64,000 nucleotides of DNA, taken from Candidatus Tantalella remota. GTDB taxonomy: Bacteria > Omnitrophota > Gorgyraeia > Tantalellales > Tantalellaceae. Position numbers and translations under genes: made by a program. Shown in pieces: positions 1-8,300 of the stretch (position 1 is its first letter; each line of letters starts with the position of its first letter). The stretch spans positions 4,761 through 68,760 of the forward strand of contig JAVCCB010000013.1 of the NCBI GenBank assembly GCA_030765685.1. Reading direction: 5' to 3'. Below the pieces are notes generated by a model. It saw only the letters and a program-made list of their open reading frames with translations, was not told where the DNA came from and did not search any database.

Positions 1-336
1 ATACGATTTCTCAGAGTCGATACTAGCGAGCTTCTCGAGGGCAGATCTGATGACAAGGCCGAGAGGAACAGTTTTCAGCAGAATACCTATGTTATGATGC
101 TTTTGACGAGGCACATTACCAAAGATACAGCCGAAGACTCCGCGGTGTACAGGCTTTTGAAGTTCTTTATCGGGACGCACTTTTCACTTGATGCGTTATC
201 GGTAAAAGCATATATGGACGCCATCGTGAAGAACCGCATACCGGTTCTCATAAGAGGGCTGCTCTCATACAAACCCGCTGAAGCATACCGGATGCCCGAA
301 TATGACAAGGTGGCTGCAACGCTTATTGCCGCGTAA
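1..336 (+). CDS. 3' end of a CDS that begins upstream of the window; hypothetical protein. Frame 1 is open from base 1 to the TAA ending at 336.
   Basis: Frame 1 is open from position 1 and contains the 80-aa track ORF 94..336 (...IRFLRVDTSELLEGRSDDKAERNSFQQNTYVMMLLTRH...). I recognise no motif. Confidence 0.4.
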   Translation: MRFLRVDTSELLEGRSDDKAERNSFQQNTYVMMLLTRHITKDTAEDSAVYRLLKFFIGTHFSLDALSVKAYMDAIVKNRIPVLIRGLLSYKPAEAYRMPEYDKVAATLIAA

Positions 337-346
337 GGGAAAACCC

Positions 347-712
347 TTATTGTGATTCGACCCACTGCCAGGCATCGCTGAGCTGGTCGTCGGAGAAAGT
401 CCTTATTTCCGCGTTCATCATATGTCCGCAAACGCTTGTTGACCATTCGACCCATTTGTTGCCGCCGACAAGAGCGATCTTATTGAATTTTTTGTGATGT
501 CCGCTGGCGTATTTGAGGTCGTCCCACATGGCGCCCAGTTCGAACCCTTCAAACTCATCAGAAAGATAATAGAGGAAGTTACTTTTGTCATACTCGGAAA
601 GGACGCTGTCAAGTTTGGGGATTATTACATCTTTATAATCCGCGTCCGTGACTTTTCCGCTCGCTTTGACGCCTACGATGTTGTCGTGGCTTTCGGGAAG
701 GATATTTATCAT
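347..712 (-). CDS. SpoIIAA-like / STAS-type small protein (DUF3478-like)
   Basis: Track ORF 347..718 reads KMINILPESHDNIVGVKASGKVTDADYKDVIIPKLDSVLSEYDKSNFLYY..WVE, which resembles the SpoIIAA-like STAS fold. AAGGAGG sits 7 nt upstream of the ATG at 712 on the minus strand. The GTG at 718 overlaps the RBS, so I use the ATG at 712. Confidence 0.6.
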   Translation of the reverse strand: MINILPESHDNIVGVKASGKVTDADYKDVIIPKLDSVLSEYDKSNFLYYLSDEFEGFELGAMWDDLKYASGHHKKFNKIALVGGNKWVEWSTSVCGHMMNAEIRTFSDDQLSDAWQWVESQ

Positions 713-985
713 CTTCACACCTCCTTAGGGTTGTACTACTGAAAGGTTTATGTGATTATTATACTCCTTAGAGCGCGGAACAGACAAGTTTTTTGAGGGA
801 GGTGTCAGTTTGGGAGCCATTTAAGGTTAAGATTAAGATTGAGAAAATCGACTTAAATGCCAGAAAATACCTACTACTAAACCTTAACCTCAATCTTAAC
901 CTTCGTTTGTTTTTATCTCTGTTTCCAGTTCACTATTTACAATTCCATTCAAATTTCGGCCAATATCTGTTAATATAAAGCCACT

Positions 986-1771
986 ATGAGAGATCTTACA
1001 AGAACGGGTATCAAGATAAATTCACGTATAGGCAAGGCAATACATGACTACGGCCTGATAGAGGAGGGTGACCGTATCCTCCTGGCTGTTTCTGGGGGGA
1101 AGGATAGCGTAACGCTTCTGCGTTTTCTGAAGATGATACAGGGGTGGTCACCGGTCAAATTTAAATTGTCAGCGGCACATATATGTACCGATTTTCAGTG
1201 CGGCGTGCGTGTCCACAAAACAGCGCTTACGGAGCTCTTTGACGAAGAAGAGCTTGAATACACTTTTCGTGACGTAAAGGTCCTGGACGAGAAAGGGAAA
1301 ACTTCCTGCTTCTGGTGTTCGTGGAACAAGCGTAAAGCCCTTTTTGAGATAGCCCAGGAAACAGGATGCAATAAAGTCGCTCTGGGTCACCACAAAGATG
1401 ATATCGTTGAAACACTTCTTATGAACCTGCTCTATAATGGTGAAATATCCGCGATCAATCCCAGGCAGGAACTTTTTGGCGGGAAGATAACCCTAATAAG
1501 ACCTCTTTGTTACGTAGAGGAGAGGTTGGTGAAGCAGTTTGTTAAGGAAAAGGGTTATCCCGAACAGCTCCGCACATGTCCGTTCGGCAATGAGTCGAGA
1601 AGGAAGTATATAAAGGATTTTATCCGCGAGACCGAAAAGACCACTCCGAAGGTAAATATTAAAGAAAATATTTTCAGAAGTGTCACCCGCATAAAAGAGG
1701 ATTATATAGATCTCAGATCTGGCGGGGAAGACTCTCCTGAAGCGACTCCTAAGGTTCTTCCATCAGAATAA
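986..1771 (+). CDS. ttcA: PP-loop ATPase, TtcA-like tRNA 2-thiocytidine synthetase family
   Basis: It carries the PP-loop motif SGGKDS (LLAVSGGKDSVTLL). CxxC-type cysteines (CTDFQCG, CFWCSW) and a downstream GHHKDD segment are typical of TtcA/TilS-like N-type ATP pyrophosphatases. Length is 261 aa. Confidence 0.7.
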   Translation: MRDLTRTGIKINSRIGKAIHDYGLIEEGDRILLAVSGGKDSVTLLRFLKMIQGWSPVKFKLSAAHICTDFQCGVRVHKTALTELFDEEELEYTFRDVKVLDEKGKTSCFWCSWNKRKALFEIAQETGCNKVALGHHKDDIVETLLMNLLYNGEISAINPRQELFGGKITLIRPLCYVEERLVKQFVKEKGYPEQLRTCPFGNESRRKYIKDFIRETEKTTPKVNIKENIFRSVTRIKEDYIDLRSGGEDSPEATPKVLPSE

Positions 1772-2007
1772 CCACGTAAAAAGAATATTCCCTAATTGAG
1801 GGCATCCGCCTCAATAGTCCATAAAGAACTTAAAAAGTACCCATACAAGAAATAGGGAATAGTCGACGGACCCCAGCCTGTCCGCCGTAGTCTTGACGAA
1901 GGCGGGACGATGGCCCTCCTATCATCCCGAGCGAAGTCGAGGGATCTAACACGTTGTTATTCAGGGAAGGATTCCCCTTAATGAAATATCCATGCCAATT
2001 GCTGAAT

Positions 2008-2185
2008 ACCCCCGCATTTATAACCTAAATTGTAAACTGGAAACTGTGAACAGTGCGAGATCTAGTAGCTTTTAGATCTGTGTTCAACATATGAGTGTTC
2101 TGTTTGCTGTTCACGGTTCACTACTTTTTTCATAAAAATAGGGTTGCCCCCGCAATTTTAACCAGGTTAGGTTCGACCGGGGTTT
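2008..2185. repeat. Conserved ~180 bp upstream element 'L', copy 1, directly 5' of giant ORF 1. It carries nested palindromes and a TAACCAGGTTA motif.
   Basis: Near-identical to 10248..10445. Shared core: tataacctaaattgtaaactg-aaactgtgaac-gtgcgagatctagtagctttt-g-gttcaacatatgagtgttctgttt-ctgtt-acggttcac ... cataaaaataggg..cccc..aat-taaccaggttag-ttcgacc-gg. It contains the inverted pair GTGAACAG/CTGTTCAC, the AGATCT palindromes and a G-rich palindrome before AACCAGGTTA. Confidence 0.6.
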
Positions 2186-2309
2186 GATGTGACGTAACTA
2201 CTTACCGTATAACTATTTACAAATAGTTAAGAAAAAAATAGCTATCAAGCTTTTTGTTGTGTTAACTCTACCTTTTTGTTATAATAATATATTAATAAAA
2301 AGGAGCGTT

Positions 2310-5300
2310 ATGTTTGATCTGTGGGACAAACATAGGAACTTAGTGAAAGTAACGGTAACTCTTGTAGTTTGCCTGTTTCTTTTGAATACATCTGGGGTCG
2401 CTCAGGAAGAAGTCCAATATCTCATAAATTCCAAAAACTCTATAGTAGATACCGATGATCTTTCTCCAGAATTACGTCTTACACAGGACGCTTTCAGGGA
2501 AAGATATCTTGCCTCCGCGACCACACTCGCGCATAGAGCTACCAACGATTATATACACAAACAGATCCCTAAGGATGGTCTCGCCAGTCTTAAGACACGG
2601 GGCGACTTTGTCTGGGTAAATGATAAAGATAAGCAGACGATAACAATAGTTTCCATCCCAGATCTTTTACGTAACACCGGACAGTTCGCCCATGTAGGGC
2701 TTGGCAGAAAGAACGGTATGCCGGTCATCTATGTTGACGACGATTATTTTTATAACGAAGCGGTTGTCGAACATGACAAGGATGAGATCTCAAAATGGGA
2801 AACAAAACGCCGTGAGCTTGGCAAAGATTATGAGGGGATGCGCGAATGGATACGGGGAAGCGATGAAGCCAAAAAGCTTGCCGAAGAATATCACGCTTCT
2901 TCCCGGGATCTTGGCGAACTCTATGGGGACGTGAGAGAGAACTACCGGGATCTTCTCGATTGGGACAATATCTATGCCGCGTATCTCGCTTTCGGTCTCG
3001 ATGAGGACGACAAGGACGTTAATATCGCGGCAAAGAAGGGCAAGACCAAAAGGGCGAGAAGTGAGAGAAGGCAGAAAGAACGCGAGGAAAGGAAGCTGGC
3101 GGAGAAGAAAGCCCGGACAAAAGCTTCGGACCAAAAAAAGAAGATCAAAAAAAGCCCGGAGGCCAGAAAGGTATCCTTTTATCGAAAAGTGAGTGCGGTT
3201 ATCTGGTTGGGGATGGTCGTTTTTGCTGTTGTTATCGTATTTAAAATAGTTGATGTGAAGAAGAAAGAGGCCATGGTCACCCAATGGAGGGAAAACGCCA
3301 GGGTTACTCAGAGTATGGAAGCTCTACATCATCTTAATGAGGATGAGGAGGCATTTGTTCAGAAAATAGTCGAAGTTTCTAAAGATTCGGACCCCAGGGA
3401 TCTAAAGGCTTCTGCCGAGGTATTTCAAAAGCTGCTGCAGTTTGCCGTAGGAAAAAATATTCGGGATCCGGAACTTCTATACAGAAAGGCATCGGGGCGC
3501 AGGGTTTTACGGGAGATGCTGCAGGGCCCGGGACCCTTAAAGGAGGTCGGTGGACACAGGACATTTCCATACGGAGACCTTGTGTACGTCAGTATGGGTG
3601 AATGGGCAGTGACCGATCATCTCGATAAAGGGTTCAAGCTGGCCACGTCGGCACTCGCCACCTGTAAAGGTGTGGTTCTTTATGATCCTGATACAAAAAC
3701 AGGGGCGCTATGCCACAATGATCTGGACTGGATATTGTCGGATACGATTGATGCTATGTTTACAAAAATGGGAACTCCCTCTAATGTTAAAGTCTGGGTG
3801 ACCGACAATGTTACATTAGAGGACCGCAAGGCGATCGCGGCTGTGTTGGGGAGTGATTCGTATGATTTTGCTCCCCTACCTAAAGCCTTTTTATTTAATA
3901 CTCGGACTGGGAAGGTAGAGTGTTTTGAGAATAGTAAAGACATGCTAAACGGGGGACAGAGAGTATTATCGGACCTGAAAAAGAGGATAGATCTGCATAA
4001 GACCCGTACCGCTCTTATGATTGAAAAGTGTTTTATGCGATATGACAGGGGCAATCCTCAGAAACAGGTTCGGGAAGGTGTTGATGGATATGCTGATGGC
4101 AGAATAGCCGGGATCCCGGCTGAAGACTTTAAGGAGATACGGGCAGTAGGGGATAAGCGTATTCGAAGGTTTCGTAAACAATTTATGGATAATTTTATTT
4201 TTGACCCGGTAGATGACAACCAGGGAATCGTATTTTTAAGGGCTCCGGAGGGGTTTAGATACAGGTGGTCTTATCACCCCGGATATGCGCGAACTATTAT
4301 TTTACGAGATGACGCGACAGAGGGGGATATTGCGAATGCCATGCAGGGTATTTTGGCGGATTCCTTCTGGCTCATAGGTATTCCGATAGAAGAATATACA
4401 GGGTTCATTGGCCAGTCAAAAATGGACCGAGGAGAATATGCTTCAAGGGGGGGGCGTACGGCATTTGGTGACGGCGAATTTTCAGAGGAAAGAAAAGTAT
4501 TTATTCTTGGACAGGAACATCTGGATCCCTACATGGTGCATTTGTTCGGGAAGCTTATATGGGAGGACAAGGACGGTCTCGAGAGTGGGCCTGATTCTTG
4601 GAAGAACCGAGAATGGCGGGGAAGTCTTGATATGATACTTGGGCACGAGGATATTCATCCCTATCTAGAAGTATATAGAAATGATGTGAAGTCGATAGAA
4701 CGGCTGGTCAGGGACAAGGGTAACCGGGTTACGGCATTGGGGTCGGAGAACAGTGGTAAATATGTTGCATGGCTGGAAAAAAGAGCTAAAAAGGATGAAC
4801 TGAAAGAGCTTGAGGGAATACTGCGCAAGAGAGGCGTAAAGGATTTCCGAAGTAGAGCGCATGAAATAATGTTGCTAACAGAGGGTCCTGTTGCGTATAT
4901 GCAGCTTACGCGGAATCCCGCGCTTAAGGGTATAAAAATTATAGGGTTAGATGACGAGAACTTAAAAAAACAGACTATGCGTGTCGTTGGCAATATGATG
5001 CGCGCTCTGGAGTTATTAAGTACGCTAACGCGTGCGAAATCCGATTTTGCCGCTTTTCACAAAAAAATTGAAGAAGTAACGGCAGAAAAGTACGGGGTGA
5101 TTTCAAAAAAAGAAAAGATGGAACTTTTAGCCTGGTTCAAGAACCCGGCAGAGAGGAAATTGGTGCAGGAAATACTGGACTCTTTGCAGGAGATGGTTCG
5201 TCTGGGGGAGGAAAGGAGTGTTATTTTCGCGAAGAAAATAGCCGCGGAAAAAGGGGACGTGGTAACATGGATGGGAAAAGCGCATATAGGGGGCACCCGT

Positions 5301-8300
5301 AGAACGCTTACCGCGAATAAGAATCAGAAATTCAAAGTTATATCTTCTCACGGAGCGTTTATACATGCAGGCCCGCGCGGGAAAAGAAAGACTATAGAAA
5401 GGGACGGAAAGTCCCAAAAGTCCGCCCCCAAAGGTTCTCCCGCGCGTCTCTTGATGACTCTGCGTGATAACCCCGAACTTTTGGTTGTTGCATGCTCCGA
5501 CACAGGTTTTACGGCTAAAGATATAACACCTCACAGACAGAAAATAGACGGCACATCATTTTCGAAGACTACCGTAAATAAGGAAATAGAAGTCCTTAAG
5601 GCTCTCGGGATATTGGTTCCCGCGGCCGATCGGTATCATTATCGTCTGTCTAACGGGATACGCGGCCCGGACTCAGGTTTCGTTAAGCGCCTTATCAACG
5701 CCGTTATCGAGATAGAACATCAGGTAGGCGAAAAAGGCGAGAAAAGACCGCTATACCGTTACAATATCCCCAAAGAAAAACGCCCTGCCGTAAAAAAACT
5801 TGTTAATAAGATCATAGATGATGAACTTCTTTTAGAGCTTCTTATCCAAGAAGAGGGTGATCTGCCGTCATGGATCGTGAATTCACTCTCTATGGTATAT
5901 AGGAGCATTGATGACGAAAAACAGAAAGCGCAGCTTCTGAACATTATAAAGGAAGGGTTTGATTATGATCTACTGATGAGTCAGCTCGAGGACCTTCGCG
6001 CGCCTCCGGGTGATGAAAGATATACCGAAGAGTTTGCCAGGGCTTATCGCGCCAGAGAACTCTTTAGCATGGCCTATGATTACAGCCATGGACCCGCGAT
6101 CTTCACCAAACAGGTTTTTCTTGACGCGATAGTAAAATTATTGAACAAACGGCCTTCCGCGATAAGGCTCTCAGACCTCAGCTATGACGACCTTTTGGCG
6201 CTTGCTCCGGACAGGGAAGATAATTATGAAAAGCTGCATATTACCAGAACTCATAAATATGCGCTTCTCATTGCGAAGGAACTGGGGCTGAGAAAAGAGC
6301 TTGTAGAGATGATCGGCCGGACAGCGGCTGTTCATGATATAGGAGGATTGGTAGGACCAATACAGGTAGGTGATATTGAAGCTACCATACGCCGTAGCAC
6401 CGAGGTAATTAAAGAATACGGCCTTCCGACTAAAAGTTCCCCGGAGAAGTCCCTTGCGGCGCTTGACGCTCTTATTAAGGAAAGACCGGAGTTGGCAAAA
6501 TACCGGCTTGGAGACGATAAAAAATTCTATTTGAGTATGGCGTACATGATCGCAGGGGCTTATGCCGCGGACGGCGCGCCAATAACCTGGGACGATCTTG
6601 AGAAGATCGCCATAGAGTTCAGTCATGAACGATTGGGCACGGACAGGCTACGACAAAACGGTATTATCCTGACACCTGCCGAAGAGTTTATTATAAACAA
6701 TCATTTCTTTTACCCGTCGGATATGATGGGTATCGAAGAGAAAGCAGTTGCCGAAGGCATGACAGCCGAAGAGCTTAAACTTTTACTGGATATTCTTATA
6801 TTTTGCGATATCTGGGAGAACGGCAACCACGCTACCCGGCTTAAATTACGGCGCAATATTGCATATCAGCCGTTCGTAAGGACATTCGAACTTTTTGGAC
6901 AGTTTTATGGAAACACCTCTGAGATTGGCCCGGAACCGGAACAGGCTATGATGCGTCTGGTCGCGAAAAAAGATCCCGCTGTGGTCGCTCTTCTAAAAGA
7001 GCAGCGGCCCGACGATTCGACAGACGCGATCAAGGCCGGAGAATACGATGAGGTAGCTGAGCTTTTGCGAGTTTCTGAAAGAAGGAACATACTGAATGTG
7101 CCTTCCGAAGAAATACTGGATATAAGTGACGGCTATGTCAGGGACCATATAGAGAGGGTCTCCAAGATCGCGCTCAGAATGGGGAGGGAAGTCGGAATTT
7201 CAGACCAGGAGATGAACATCCTGAGAGCGGCCGTGTACGGACATGACGCAGGTCCAAGGCATACACCGGAGGATTATGCTATTCTTGAAGGCTATGGGGT
7301 AGATTTTAAAAAGTCTAAGATCATGAAGCGCGAAGAGTTTATAAAATACGCGGAAGCTAAAAAAGGCTCCGCTCTTACCGAAGCACAGTTTTTTGTGCTT
7401 GATGATATATACAGGCACGGCGAGAATTTTGTGGAATATTTAAGCAGAAGGTACGTTGTCCCGCAGGAAGTAGACCTCCTAATACGGCACCATAAGGATT
7501 CTGTGGAATATGTTGAAAAGTTTGGCAGTATGAAAAATGAAATATCCGTTCCGGCGGAGCGGCTTCGCCTTCTTCTCGAGATACTGATAACGGCAGATAT
7601 GTTTGAAAACGCGAATAGCAAGCTTAAGATGCAGATGTCAGGGCAGGGGGATGTTAACTCCTTTATGCAGAGTTTTGAGGATCCGGATGTTTTCAGCATG
7701 TTATATCAAGGCAAGGGTATAACGGATATGACAGCAAGGGATATTCTTATTTCGCTTATAGTGGCAGAAGATGAAGAACTGTTAAAGGTGGTGTTTGAGG
7801 GCAGGGGCAAGAAAGGCCTTATGCCGGATGACCGCGTCTTCATAGAAGGGCAAAGAAGGCGAAAATCCGGGAGAGGCAAAGGCTCTCCCGCGGACCTTCT
7901 TGAGACAATAATGGATGATCCGCGGCTTTTTGACAAGGTGATAGGAGAAACGGGTATAACAGTTGACGGGATGACAGGGGTAAGAGGGTTTTCGCGAGGG
8001 GTTGTTCAGGAAGAGTTCAGGATACTTAAAAAATTAGGAGTTTTAGTTACTGGGCATAAGAGTCCTTTTATGCGATTTAATCATACGCTTAGAGCTATGC
8101 CTCTCGCAGACCTGAAATATACTATTAATGCCATAAAAGAGATCGAATATCAGGTGGGAAGGACTGGTGATAAGAGACCTTTGTACAGGGCGACAATTCC
8201 CAAAAGGGATATGGTGGCGGTACTGGAAATTGTAACGCGTGAGATGGGGTTTCGCCCCGAAAGAGCCGAGAGAGAGGGGGATAAAGACACTCTAGAACGA

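Noticed and set aside
793-978. 61-aa track ORF (…LNLNLNLRLF…) upstream of the TtcA-like gene
   Set aside because: It lies entirely within the GGTTAAGATTAAG/CTCAATCTTAACC inverted-repeat element. The low-complexity translation has no RBS, so it is most likely a repeat artefact.
2150-2185. tRNA-like GGTTCGACC T-arm-like motif inside L elements; tRNA search generally
   Set aside because: No flanking acceptor or anticodon arm can be built. The motif is part of the TAACCAGGTTAG-TTCGACC repeat. No tRNA, rRNA, tmRNA or RNase P signatures were recognised anywhere in the window.
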